A DNA stretch of 64,000 nt from Clostridia bacterium (GTDB lineage Bacteria; Bacillota; Clostridia; Peptostreptococcales; Acidaminobacteraceae). The DNA lies in assembly GCA_018399635.1 (NCBI GenBank), contig JAGYOH010000015.1, positions 10,880 to 74,879 on the forward strand. The letters run 5' to 3'. Below are positions 19,448-28,928 of the stretch, in pieces. Under the pieces are notes generated by a model. The model ran no database searches, was not told the origin of the DNA, and saw only the letters and a program-made list of their open reading frames with translations. The number at the start of each line of letters is the position of its first letter. Position 1 is the stretch's first letter. Both the position numbers and the translations under genes were made by a program.

Positions 19448-20733
19448 GCCCTGTCCTCCGGTTCCCGGGTCATGGCCCGGGCCTGCTCATTGGCATTTTT
19501 GATCACCTTGTCGATATTCAGGGTCAGAAACTCCCCTTTTCGGTACAGCACCCTGCCCTCCACCATGGTCAGAACCACGTCGGCGCTGGACACCGAATAG
19601 ACCAGGGAAGACAAGAGATTGTTTCTGGGATTGAGATGCGGCGCCTTCAGATCGATCATGATGAGATCCGCCTTTTTTCCCACCTCGAGGGTCCCCACGG
19701 CCTCCTCGATTCCCAGGGCCTTCGCCCCGTTCACCGTGGCCATTTTCAGCACCTCGAAGGCCTTGAGCACGGTGGGATTTTCTTCGTATCCCTTGTTGAT
19801 CAGGGCAGCCAGATGCATTTCTTCAAAAAGATCCTGGTTGTTGTTGCTGGACGGACCATCAGTGCCGATGGCGACATTGATCCCCATTTTGAGCATCTTT
19901 GAAACCGGAGCGAATCCATTGGCCAGTTTCAGATTGCTCGAGGGATTGTTGACCACGCTGACCCCCTTCTCCTTGAGAATCTTCATGTCCTCCTCATCGA
20001 TGTGGACGCAATGAGCCGCCTGGGTGGGCAGATCAAAGAGACCGAGACTGCTCACGTACTGGATGGGACTCATGCCGTGTTTTTCGTAGGAGTCCTTCAC
20101 CTCCTTGCGGCTCTCGCTCAAATGGATGTGAATCCTGGTGTCCATCCCCCTGCCGGCCTCGAGAATCCTCTTGAGATATCGCTGGTCACAGGTGTAGGGC
20201 GCATGGGGACCCAGATCGATCTTGATCCGCCCATCCCCCTTGAGATGGTGTCGTTGGTGAAGCTCCAGGGCATTGTGGAGTTTGGCCTCTTCATCCTCAC
20301 CACTGGTCAGTCCCCGGTTGAGATTGGCTCTGATGCCGGTTTCATCCACGGCCCGGATGGTTTCCTCCGTGAAAAAATACATGTCGGAAAAGGTGGTGAT
20401 CCCCTTTGAAAGCATTTCAGCGATACTGAGCATGGATCCCCAATAGACCTTTTCAGCATCAAGCTTTGCCTCTGCCGGCCAGATTCTTTCAGTCAGCCAG
20501 GGCCAGAAATCCAGATCGTCGGCATAATTTCTCAATAGGCTCATGGCAATGTGGGTGTGGGCGTTGACAAGACCCGGCATCACCAGGGCGTCTTCACCGT
20601 CGATGACCACGTCGGCCTCGTAGGATTCATCTCCAAGGGCCTTGATTCTTCCGTCCTCCACCAGAATATTCATGGGGGCGATGTGTTCATCGACCATGGT
20701 CAGAACCATGGCGTTTTTGATCAGGGTTTTCAT
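19444..20733 (-). CDS. mtaD: amidohydrolase, 5-methylthioadenosine/S-adenosylhomocysteine deaminase-like
   Basis: MKTLIKNAMVLTM...PGLVNAHTHIAMSLLRNYADDL...HLSES...GTDG. The ATG at 20733 is preceded by GGAGG; the track start is 20775. Confidence 0.85.
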   Translation of the reverse strand: MKTLIKNAMVLTMVDEHIAPMNILVEDGRIKALGDESYEADVVIDGEDALVMPGLVNAHTHIAMSLLRNYADDLDFWPWLTERIWPAEAKLDAEKVYWGSMLSIAEMLSKGITTFSDMYFFTEETIRAVDETGIRANLNRGLTSGEDEEAKLHNALELHQRHHLKGDGRIKIDLGPHAPYTCDQRYLKRILEAGRGMDTRIHIHLSESRKEVKDSYEKHGMSPIQYVSSLGLFDLPTQAAHCVHIDEEDMKILKEKGVSVVNNPSSNLKLANGFAPVSKMLKMGINVAIGTDGPSSNNNQDLFEEMHLAALINKGYEENPTVLKAFEVLKMATVNGAKALGIEEAVGTLEVGKKADLIMIDLKAPHLNPRNNLLSSLVYSVSSADVVLTMVEGRVLYRKGEFLTLNIDKVIKNANEQARAMTREPEDRA

Positions 20734-20784
20734 AATTTCCTCCTCGGGGTTGCGTTTTTGAAAAAGAAACCTCATCGAGGCTTC

Positions 20785-22173
20785 TTATCGACTGATTTCC
20801 AAGGTCTTTTTATCCTTGGATGATTTTGTAATGAGGATGTTCTCATCCATGCGGTTCAAAAATGCCAGAATGTCCTCGTAGTTGTCGTAGACGAAGACCC
20901 CCAGGCTGGCCGTGACCTTGAAGGATTTGAAGGGGTAGTCCTCGATTCCAATCCGGATGAGTTCGGCGATGGTCTTGCCGTGCTCCAGGGATGTCCCCGG
21001 CATGACGATGACGAATTCCTCCCCCGACCAGCGGATGGGAATGTCCTGGGGTCTGATGCTGGCCTTGATGATGCCCCCGACGGTTTCCAGAACCCGGTCG
21101 CCCTCGTTCAAGCCATGAGCCTCATTGACTCTTTTGAGATTGTCGATGTCCAGAATGATTGCGGCGTTCTGCGCCTGGCCTTCAATCACCCGCCTGCCGA
21201 ATTTCTTGAAATAGCCCCGGGTGTACAGTCTGGTCAGCTTGTCCTCGTGAATGATCTTGTCCGTCTGCCGGTAGACAAAGAGACCTCCCAAGAGACTGAT
21301 GACCAGGATGCCTTCAAGCAGAAACAGGATTCTGGAATTGCGGTAACCCACACTGATTCCGTAGTGGAAAACGGGATTTTCCTCATGGAAAACCAGATAA
21401 CCCGCCTCAGCCTGATCGGCTCCTTGCAGGGGAAGGATCCTGGTGACAATCAACGTGTTTTCAAGCTGGTGGACATTGAGTTCATAAGCTTCGATTCTGC
21501 CTGAAAGGATGGCTTCATCAATCAGGGCGTTGGTCCGCCGGGCTTCACCGGCACTGAGACCGTAAAGCCGGTCAAAGGGGATGTGGTGGTCTATTCGGTC
21601 CACATGGAGAATTCCGTGCCCGTGATAGTCCTCCAGGGCACTGATGATGTGATCCATGGAAACCCACAGCACGACCTCTCCCAGGGCTTCCTCTCCTGCG
21701 GTTAAAGGATAGCTGAAGGCATAGCCGCCGGCAAGCTCTCCCTCAAAGGAGACCCCGGCAAGCCTGACTTCCTCGATGACGGCTTCTTCGTCACCCAGCA
21801 GGGCCAGGACCCTTCCCTCAGGATCACGGTAGAAGGCCTGGTCAAAGCCCCGGTCCGTCAGAAGCTCCACCATGCCGGGGAACAGGCTGCCCATCCTCTG
21901 ATCCGTGAGCCCTCCCCCTTCTCCGAGAACCAGGGAAGTCAGTCCTTCAAAACCCTCAGCGGCGACAAACCACTCATGGAAGAACTCTCCGTCGGAGGAA
22001 ATCCTTGAAAACAGACCCTCCGTATACTCAAGGGTCAACATCCTTTCCTGGTCATAACGGCTTTCGATGGACGTCAGACTGTCCCTGGTGAATTGCATCT
22101 CCTCCAGGAGAATCACCAAGGTCAGGACAGCCAGAATTGCAATTGCGATGATGATGCGTTTGAGATGTTTCAT
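20785..22173 (-). CDS. membrane-anchored diguanylate cyclase (GGDEF domain with an SGEEF variant motif)
   Basis: N-terminal TM (IIIAIAILAVLTLVILL), a large extracytoplasmic domain, a second TM, then a GGDEF domain (DIDNLKRVNEAHG...RWSGEEFVIVMPG). The ATG at 22173 follows GGAAAGAGGGG. Confidence 0.88.
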   Translation of the reverse strand: MKHLKRIIIAIAILAVLTLVILLEEMQFTRDSLTSIESRYDQERMLTLEYTEGLFSRISSDGEFFHEWFVAAEGFEGLTSLVLGEGGGLTDQRMGSLFPGMVELLTDRGFDQAFYRDPEGRVLALLGDEEAVIEEVRLAGVSFEGELAGGYAFSYPLTAGEEALGEVVLWVSMDHIISALEDYHGHGILHVDRIDHHIPFDRLYGLSAGEARRTNALIDEAILSGRIEAYELNVHQLENTLIVTRILPLQGADQAEAGYLVFHEENPVFHYGISVGYRNSRILFLLEGILVISLLGGLFVYRQTDKIIHEDKLTRLYTRGYFKKFGRRVIEGQAQNAAIILDIDNLKRVNEAHGLNEGDRVLETVGGIIKASIRPQDIPIRWSGEEFVIVMPGTSLEHGKTIAELIRIGIEDYPFKSFKVTASLGVFVYDNYEDILAFLNRMDENILITKSSKDKKTLEISR

Positions 22174-22204
22174 AGGCCCCTCTTTCCTACTGTTTGATTT
22201 CATT

Positions 22205-22236
22205 ATAAAAGAAAAGAGAGTTGACAACAACTCTCT
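22205..22236 (-). terminator. intrinsic terminator after the UPF0182 gene
   Basis: Minus strand: AGAGAGTTG-ttgt-CAACTCTCT followed by TTTCTTTTATAAT. The TATAAT may double as the -10 for the GGDEF gene. Confidence 0.6.
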
Positions 22237-22250
22237 TTTCCCTGACGCCC

Positions 22251-24956
22251 TTATTGGTGGGATTCCTCTAGAAGGTCCTCGATCAATTTTTCGATTTCCT
22301 CGATGTACTTCTTCAGCTCCTGGTATTTTTCCCCCAGTTCCTCGAGGGTATCCGGATCCCCCTGGACCCCCGGTACCGGGGTCTGCTCTCTCTCACCGAA
22401 GATGACCATCAGTGCATCCTGCAGATTGTTCTCCATGGCGATTTGATTGCCGTAGACCACGATGACCCGTTTCATCTCCGGGATGGCATTTTCATTGTCC
22501 GACTCGATGTAGATGGGCTCCACATAGAGGAGGGAGTCTTCGATGGGCACCACGATCACGTTCCCCCTCAGAACCTCGGAACCTTCCTGTCCCCAGAGGG
22601 AGAACTGGGGTGAAATGACGGAATCCTGGTCGATCCTCGACTCGATCATCATGGGGCCGTCAATGGTCCGGTCCTTGGGCAGCCGGTAGATGAAGAGTTT
22701 GCCGTACTCCTCATAGTCGCTCCGCCCCACCAGGAGGGAGGTCATGTTGGGCTTCTCCCTGGGGGTGTAGGGCAGGATCAGACTGAATTCCACCTGATCC
22801 TTTTCAGGCAGCTCGAACATCACGTAGTTGGATTCAATCTGTTGAAGACCCTCCATGAATTTCTCATTGGCGATGTCCCAGACGTCCTCCCCGTTGTAAA
22901 ACACATTGGGGTTGCTCACGTGGTATTCCTTGTAGACCTCCGCCTGCAGATTGAAAAAGTCCTGAGGGTATTTGACGTGGTTTTTCAGATCGTCGGGCAT
23001 TTCTTCCTTGTCCTTGAAAACCCCCGGGAAAATCCTGGCGTAGGTCTTGACCATGGGATCCTCACTGTCATAGACGTAGAAACTGATATCCCCGTTATAG
23101 GCATCCACGACGGTTTTGACGGAATTTCTGATGTAATTGATTCCCTGACCGTTGAAATTGTATACCTCCGAATAGGGGTACTTGTCGGTCACGGAGTAGC
23201 CGTCGATGATCCAGTAGAGGTTTCCCGAGTCCTTCTCCACCACCAGATAGGGGTTCTGGTCGAATTCGATGAAGGGGGCCAGGGTCTGGACCCGGTCCAT
23301 GATGTTGCGTTTGATCACGATTCTGGAATCCGTGTTGATATTGTTGGAAAACAGCATCTTCATGCTGGCTTCCCGAATGGCAAACAGAAAACGGTTGACA
23401 AGGTTCAGTTCGATGCCGGCAGTCCCTTCGTAAAGGGTTTCGCGGTTGTCACTGCCACTGGGGTAGTCGAATTCCTTTTCATCCGAATTGACGATGATAT
23501 AGTGGTCGGTCAGTTCTCCGAAGTAGATTTCCGGTCGGTTCACGACCAGGTCGGTGCTCGTCACCGGAGGCACGTTCTTGATGATCAGCTCCGGCTGCCC
23601 CTCCTCCGTCACCCGGTTCACCGGGGCCATGACGATGCCGTAGCCGTGGGTATATTTCAAATGTAGGTTGATCCAGGTCTGGGCCGACTCCGTCAGTTTG
23701 TTGACATTGAGCTCCCTTGGCGCGATGAAGACCTGGGTGTATTTGCCGTCCAAGATGTAGCGATCGATGTCGATATCATTGAATTCATAGTAGAGCCGGA
23801 TGACCTGGATCTGGTTGAAGGTCTGTTTCAGGGGTCGGGCATCGTTGATCCTGATATTATTGATGGTGGTTTCATTGTCAAAGATGTCCTGGGCGGTGAT
23901 ATTTTCCAGGGCCGGGTACTCCATTTCCTCGACATTGTTCAGATTGTAGCCCTCCTGGGTGTGCTTAATGGCATAGTCGAGATACTCCAGCTCCTTGGAA
24001 ATTTCATCAGGCTCCACCACCAGTTGCTGGACGACGGCGCCGATTCCCGTCATCCCGACAAGAACCACCACGATGAGCACCGGGGCGAAACCCATGAAAA
24101 GCCTTTTGTTCTTGAGAATCCCGTAGCCGAAGGCCGGTGCCCCGATCAGAGAAATCACGGCCAGGATCCTGTAACCCAGGAGAGAGACATTGATGTCCGT
24201 ATAGCTGGCTCCGAAGGCCACCCCCCTGGGGGAATACATCAGATAAAACCCTCTCAAAAAGAAGTAAAAGCTCAGCAGTATGAAGAAAATCGTACCGAAG
24301 GCGGCGATTTTCCTCAAGCCGTACATCACCAGTTCCTTCCTGAAAATGGACTTGAAATTGGGTCGTGCGGTGATTTCATTGTAATCGTACAGGCTTCCCT
24401 CAGCCGGAGGAACCAGTCGCATCATGAGGAAATAAAATCCTCCGGTGATGACGATGAATCCCACGACCAGACTGATCAGGGTGGTGAACACACTGTTGAA
24501 CAGGGGCATGGTGAAGACGTAAAAACTGATATCGTTGCCGAATATCGGATCAGTCGCGTCGAAACTGCTTTTGTTCAAGTACTGCAGCAGCAAAAACCAG
24601 AGATTCCGGGCCATGACAAAGGAAAAGTAGCCGCTGAAAACCAGGGCCGCCAAGCCCCTGATCCGCTTGTTGTTTTTCTCCTGCTCCGGACTGTAGATGA
24701 CCTTGCCGAGCTCCGCATAGTTCTTGAACAGCCTTTTGATGTAAAAGCCGATTCCCAGGAAAATCACCAGGAAGGACGGGATGAAAATCCCGAGTTTCGT
24801 GAAGATTTCAGTGGTGAACAGGCCGGCATATCCCACGCTGTCGAACCACAGATAATCCGTGATGAAATCCACGATGGACCGGGAGAATGCCAGAATAACT
24901 ATCAATAGGATTAGGATAAAATAGAGTCTCTTACTGACGCTTTCCATTTTATTCAT
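22251..24956 (-). CDS. UPF0182-family large membrane protein
   Basis: About 900 aa. The N-terminus ...IVDFITDYLWFDSVGY... and 7 TM plus a large C-terminal domain match the UPF0182 pattern as I recall it. The ATG at 24956 is 9 nt after GAGGAGG. Confidence 0.88.
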   Translation of the reverse strand: MNKMESVSKRLYFILILLIVILAFSRSIVDFITDYLWFDSVGYAGLFTTEIFTKLGIFIPSFLVIFLGIGFYIKRLFKNYAELGKVIYSPEQEKNNKRIRGLAALVFSGYFSFVMARNLWFLLLQYLNKSSFDATDPIFGNDISFYVFTMPLFNSVFTTLISLVVGFIVITGGFYFLMMRLVPPAEGSLYDYNEITARPNFKSIFRKELVMYGLRKIAAFGTIFFILLSFYFFLRGFYLMYSPRGVAFGASYTDINVSLLGYRILAVISLIGAPAFGYGILKNKRLFMGFAPVLIVVVLVGMTGIGAVVQQLVVEPDEISKELEYLDYAIKHTQEGYNLNNVEEMEYPALENITAQDIFDNETTINNIRINDARPLKQTFNQIQVIRLYYEFNDIDIDRYILDGKYTQVFIAPRELNVNKLTESAQTWINLHLKYTHGYGIVMAPVNRVTEEGQPELIIKNVPPVTSTDLVVNRPEIYFGELTDHYIIVNSDEKEFDYPSGSDNRETLYEGTAGIELNLVNRFLFAIREASMKMLFSNNINTDSRIVIKRNIMDRVQTLAPFIEFDQNPYLVVEKDSGNLYWIIDGYSVTDKYPYSEVYNFNGQGINYIRNSVKTVVDAYNGDISFYVYDSEDPMVKTYARIFPGVFKDKEEMPDDLKNHVKYPQDFFNLQAEVYKEYHVSNPNVFYNGEDVWDIANEKFMEGLQQIESNYVMFELPEKDQVEFSLILPYTPREKPNMTSLLVGRSDYEEYGKLFIYRLPKDRTIDGPMMIESRIDQDSVISPQFSLWGQEGSEVLRGNVIVVPIEDSLLYVEPIYIESDNENAIPEMKRVIVVYGNQIAMENNLQDALMVIFGEREQTPVPGVQGDPDTLEELGEKYQELKKYIEEIEKLIEDLLEESHQ

Positions 24957-25136
24957 AATCACTCACCTCCTCATTGTTTTATTGATACCCTTTAATCAAA
25001 AATCTCATTCAACAATTCTTCCAATCCTCTTGGCTAGAAGCCCTTCCCCCGCCCCCCTTGAAAAAACAGGGAAATTCTCTTATTCCATTTAGCCGACTTG
25101 AAAATGGATATATATCAACTGTAAGGATCTGGAGTG

Positions 25137-25673
25137 ATGACCATGACCCATCTGCCCAATCTCATCAGCCTCTCGAGAATTGTTCTGGCGGCCCTCTATC
25201 CCTTCTGTTATTGCCGCTTCTCCCCTGTCCACGGCCTGTTTCTCTTCCTTGCGGCCGGATTCAGCGATCTTCTTGACGGCTACACCGCCAGAAGATTTTA
25301 TCAAGTGACCCCCATGGGAACCGTGCTTGATCCCCTGGCGGACAAGCTGATGCTGTTGACGGTGATGGGAACCCTGGCAGCGGCGGGGAGGATATCCCGC
25401 GGTTTTTTCTGGCTTGTCGCAGGCCTGGAGGTCCCCATGATCCTGGTCGGACTGGTCCTCTATTTCAGAAAAAACCCCCTGGTCATTCCGGCGAATCTGC
25501 TGGGCAAGGGAGCCACCCTGCTTTTCTTCATCGCCGTCATCTTCACCACCTTCGACACCACCCTTCTCTTGGGCGCCAGAGTCTTCATGGGAGCGATTTT
25601 TCTCAAAGTCCTGGCCATGGCAACCTATTATATTGACTTCAGGCATAAAAAAAAGCACATCACAAGTCCATGA
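25137..25673 (+). CDS. CDP-alcohol phosphatidyltransferase (PgsA-like)
   Basis: Motif DLLDGYTARRF...GTVLDPLADK = D(x)2DG(x)2AR...G(x)3D(x)3D. Start uncertain (25134 GTG, 25137 or 25143 ATG). Confidence 0.85.
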   Translation: MTMTHLPNLISLSRIVLAALYPFCYCRFSPVHGLFLFLAAGFSDLLDGYTARRFYQVTPMGTVLDPLADKLMLLTVMGTLAAAGRISRGFFWLVAGLEVPMILVGLVLYFRKNPLVIPANLLGKGATLLFFIAVIFTTFDTTLLLGARVFMGAIFLKVLAMATYYIDFRHKKKHITSP

Positions 25674-25828
25674 TGTGCAACAGCAATATATATACTAGGG
25701 GGATTCAAGATAAAGGATTATCTTTGTATACATTGTACAATAAGAAGTTTGTTTTGTATAATTGAATTAATCAAATATTTTCTTCAAATATTTCGATAAT
25801 ACTAATCATTGAAAACCGGGGGGTTACC

Positions 25829-26698
25829 ATGGAAATCAGAAATTTCGTCACCTTCAAGAAAATCTCGGAAACGAAAAGTTTTACCAAGGCCGCAGTTCTT
25901 TTGGGCTATGCCCAATCCACCCTGACCAACCACATCGATCAGATTGAATCCCATTACGGATCCCGGGTCTTCGAACGGCTGGGCCGTCAGCTCATTCTGA
26001 CCCCCCTGGGGGAACGGCTCTACGAGGAATCCACGGAACTGATCAAGATTTATGAGCGCATTCTGCATCTCAATGACGCCGTGAGTTTCCAGGGGCCCCT
26101 GAGAATCGGCGCCGAGGAATCCATCGCCCTGTACAAGCTCAAGGGACTTTTTTTGAATTACCGGGCCCTTTATCCTGATCTGGAAATCGTCCTGGTGAAC
26201 GAGCCCTACAGCGAACTGAAAAAAATGCTCCTCGACGGCGCCATAGACATCATTTACATCATCGACAAGATGGTGACGGACTCGAATCTCGTCAGCTATG
26301 TGATTTCTGATGAAAAGATGGTTTTCGTATATTCCCCCGAGTACCGCCTCAAGCGAAAGGAACAGGTCATTGAAAAACCCCGGGTTGTCCTCACCCGCAA
26401 GGGGGGGACCTACCGGGAGATTCTCCAGGCCTATCTGAGCCAAAAAAAAATCTCCCATGAAATCGTCATGGAAGCCGGCAGCGTCGAGCTGGTGAAGCAG
26501 AACCTGATTCTGGGCATGGGAGTGTCCTATCTTCCCCTGGTATCCGTCATCAAGGAGGTCGAGGAGGGGTCCCTGATCTACGAGGAGGTTCCCGTGGACC
26601 TTACCAACCGGGTTTATGCCCAGATGGTGATCCATCAGAACAAGATTATCACCGAACCCCTGGCCGCCCTGATGAATCTGACCAAAGCAACCATCTGA
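25829..26698 (+). CDS. LysR-family transcriptional regulator
   Basis: N-terminal HTH MEIRNFVTFKKISETKSFTKAAVLLGYAQSTLTNHI plus a LysR substrate-binding domain. Confidence 0.92.
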   Translation: MEIRNFVTFKKISETKSFTKAAVLLGYAQSTLTNHIDQIESHYGSRVFERLGRQLILTPLGERLYEESTELIKIYERILHLNDAVSFQGPLRIGAEESIALYKLKGLFLNYRALYPDLEIVLVNEPYSELKKMLLDGAIDIIYIIDKMVTDSNLVSYVISDEKMVFVYSPEYRLKRKEQVIEKPRVVLTRKGGTYREILQAYLSQKKISHEIVMEAGSVELVKQNLILGMGVSYLPLVSVIKEVEEGSLIYEEVPVDLTNRVYAQMVIHQNKIITEPLAALMNLTKATI

Positions 26699-26703
26699 CG
26701 TCG

Positions 26704-26997
26704 CTACTGGAGGATATCGAATTCATGGTGAACCAGGACGGTTTCCTCAAATTCCAGGATCATGCCCAGGCAGTTTTCATAGCTTGAGTCCAGAGCCCTC
26801 ATATCCCTATTGATCTGAACCAGGTGGAGGGTCAGTAGGTTGATGATTTTAGGGTCTTCCTCCACCACCAGGGAAACGTTGAACCGCTTTTTCAACCGGT
26901 CCCTGAGACTTCTCAAGACCCGGCGGCGGTCCTTGATGGAATACCCCTCTGCGATTTTCAGCTGGAAAATCATTTTTGCAATATGCATGGCCGTCAT
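26704..26997 (-). CDS. DUF503-family protein (YlxP-like)
   Basis: 97 aa. ...LKIAEGYSIKDRRRVLRSLRDRLKKRFNVS... fits the DUF503 pattern. ATGA overlap with the mgsA stop. Confidence 0.8.
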   Translation of the reverse strand: MTAMHIAKMIFQLKIAEGYSIKDRRRVLRSLRDRLKKRFNVSLVVEEDPKIINLLTLHLVQINRDMRALDSSYENCLGMILEFEETVLVHHEFDILQ

Positions 26998-27422
26998 CCC
27001 TTTTGCATGCGTTTCTGATAGTCGAAGACCACCGGTCTGTAGGGCTCCTCCATCAAGGGGGAACTCAGGAGAAAGTCCGCCGTGGCGATATTGGTGGCGG
27101 TGGGAATATCGTAGAGCACCGCAATTCTCAGCAGCGCCTTGACATCCGGGTCATGGGGGTGGGATTGAAGGGGATCCCAGATAAAGATCAGCATATCAAT
27201 GCCACCCTCGGCGATCTTCGACCCGATCTGCATGTCCCCCCCGAGGGGGCCGCTCATGAACCCCTTGACCTCGAGACTCGTGGCCTGAGTGATCAGCCCG
27301 GCGGTGGTGCCGGTCCCCACGAGATCGAATTTTTCAAGTTTGGCTTCATTTTTTCGAGCCCAGGCAATGAGGTCTTCCTTGCGGGCGTCATGGGCAATCA
27401 GGGCGATGGTTTTTTTATTCAT
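26994..27422 (-). CDS. mgsA: methylglyoxal synthase
   Basis: MNKKTIALIAHDARKEDL...LVGTGTTAGLI...GPLGGDMQIG...DPL..HPHDPDV. Confidence 0.95.
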   Translation of the reverse strand: MNKKTIALIAHDARKEDLIAWARKNEAKLEKFDLVGTGTTAGLITQATSLEVKGFMSGPLGGDMQIGSKIAEGGIDMLIFIWDPLQSHPHDPDVKALLRIAVLYDIPTATNIATADFLLSSPLMEEPYRPVVFDYQKRMQKG

Positions 27423-27753
27423 CCTCGCTTCTCCTTGACTTGTAGAAATTTTTCAGCGCCACTTCAATCAGGGCCACCACATCCTCAAGACGGGTGCCGC
27501 GATATTCCCAGACCTTGAGGTCATTCACCGAAATCTCCCGGGTGCATTGATGAAAGTCCGGTACCGGCACAAAAAAACGGACCACCAGGGCCTGGGCATC
27601 ATCCACGAGGCTCAGGAAAGGCTGCCTGCCTTGCGCGTCAAAAAAATCAACCCCGGAAGCATGCTCCTCCCTGGAGAAGTCCGGCCCCAGAAGCCGCGCC
27701 ACGATTCGAATGAAGTTTGATCCGTTGTTGTAAAACGCATAGTTGCTTTTCAT
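27415..27753 (-). CDS. hypothetical protein, 112 aa
   Basis: This is the C-terminal part of track ORF 27415..28239. The ATG at 27753 (MKSNYAFYNNG...) is preceded by AAAGGGG, and there is an 8-nt overlap with mgsA. The longer N-terminal extension is antisense to the NRDE gene. No family recognised. Confidence 0.5.
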   Translation of the reverse strand: MKSNYAFYNNGSNFIRIVARLLGPDFSREEHASGVDFFDAQGRQPFLSLVDDAQALVVRFFVPVPDFHQCTREISVNDLKVWEYRGTRLEDVVALIEVALKNFYKSRRSEDE

Positions 27754-27810
27754 GCTTGAGTCGCCCCTTTCCTTGATTGGAAAATCCATTCCACACCAGG
27801 AGGTATGCCC

Positions 27811-28569
27811 ATGTGCACCATCCTTTTCGCCTACAAGGTTCACCCGTCTTATCCCCTGGTCGTCATCGGCAACCGCGATGAGTTCTACAGCCGGCCGGCT
27901 TCGGGGGCCACCCTCTGGCCGGAGAGTCCTGTCATAGCCGGCCGGGACCTCTCCCAGGGGGGGACCTGGATGGGGGTGTCGAAGACCGGCCGCATCGGTT
28001 TCATCACCAACTTCAGGGATTTCAAACTGATCCGGGACAACCGTCCCTCCCGGGGGCTGCTGCTGAAGGACTTTCTCTTTGGATCCGGACAGATGGAGGC
28101 ACGCCTGATGGCCTCCATCGAGGACCACAACCCCTACAACATGGTCTACGGTAGTCTTGCCGGCCTTCGATACTTCTCTTCGGTGAAGGGGACCCTCGAA
28201 ACCCTCGAACCGGGTCTCTACGGCCTCAGCAACCGTCATCTGGACACTCCCTGGGAAAAAGTCACCAAGGCCAAGGCCTCCTTCGCCAAAGCCCTGGAAA
28301 GAGAATCCCTCGTGATTTCCGAACTCTTCGCCATTCTTTCGGACCGGGAAAAGACCCTTCTCAACCTGCCCCGGAACACGGGTCTTACTGAAGAAAGGGA
28401 ATACGATTTATCCTCGATTTTCGTTGAACTCGATGGTTACGGCACCCGGCAGCAGACCGTGATCCTGTTTCACGAGGATGCCACGGTGAGTCTGTATGAA
28501 AGATACCGGTCCCGGGACGCCTGGAAGAACAAGCTGGTGGTCTTCTCTCTTGACTTCCAGGGAGCCTAA
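27811..28569 (+). CDS. NRDE-family protein (DUF833 / TANGO2-like)
   Basis: MCTILFAYKVHPSYPLVVIGNRDEFYSRPA has the NRDE motif and an N-terminal Met-Cys. The ATG at 27811 is 7 nt after AGGAGG; the track start at 27805 is too close to the SD. Confidence 0.88.
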   Translation: MCTILFAYKVHPSYPLVVIGNRDEFYSRPASGATLWPESPVIAGRDLSQGGTWMGVSKTGRIGFITNFRDFKLIRDNRPSRGLLLKDFLFGSGQMEARLMASIEDHNPYNMVYGSLAGLRYFSSVKGTLETLEPGLYGLSNRHLDTPWEKVTKAKASFAKALERESLVISELFAILSDREKTLLNLPRNTGLTEEREYDLSSIFVELDGYGTRQQTVILFHEDATVSLYERYRSRDAWKNKLVVFSLDFQGA

Positions 28570-28853
28570 TCCTCATCCTCATCGATTTCTTCAAACTCGA
28601 TATCGATGACATCGCTTTTATCGAATCCCTTCTCCTGTGTGGAGGCCGCCGGCTCTTCATGGACTGGATTCTTTGCCGTGGTGTCGGGCCGGTTCATTTC
28701 CCTAGGTCTGTGGGTGATCCAACGGATCACCACATAGGCAATGATCAGCCATCCGATGGGGGTGGTGAAAAGCACCCGGGTGAAGGAAAAAAACAGGACC
28801 AGGAGGACAACGGTCCCCAGCAGGCACCCCAGATTGTTGTTGTAATAGTACAT
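28566..28853 (-). CDS. small membrane protein with an acidic C-terminal tail
   Basis: MYYYNNNLGCLLGTVVLLVLFF...IGWLIIAYVVIRW has two TM helices and ends ...DIEFEEIDEDED. GAGGT SD before the ATG at 28853. No family recognised. Confidence 0.5.
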   Translation of the reverse strand: MYYYNNNLGCLLGTVVLLVLFFSFTRVLFTTPIGWLIIAYVVIRWITHRPREMNRPDTTAKNPVHEEPAASTQEKGFDKSDVIDIEFEEIDEDED

Positions 28854-28902
28854 GTCATTACCTCGCATTCTGTATTTACTTAATTATACATGATTGAAGG
28901 AT

Positions 28903-28928
28903 AAAAAAAAGAGCCCAAGGGCTCTTTT
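28903..28928 (-). terminator. intrinsic terminator after deoC
   Basis: Minus strand: GAGCCC-tt-GGGCTC followed by T8. Confidence 0.65.

Noticed and set aside
25089-25658. 189-aa minus-strand ORF
   Set aside because: It is antisense to the CDP-alcohol phosphatidyltransferase gene. It is highly charged and low-complexity, with no SD.
25725-25762. TTGTA-N7-TACAA inverted repeat and TATAAT upstream of the LysR gene (possible autoregulatory T-N11-A-type site)
   Set aside because: The region is AT-rich, so such short repeats are expected by chance, and there is no divergent target gene. It is plausible but unsupported.
27754-28239. N-terminal 162 aa of track ORF 27415..28239
   Set aside because: This part is antisense to the NRDE-family gene and reads as low-complexity sequence. 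A good SD and ATG at 27753 define a much shorter, plausible 112-aa protein.
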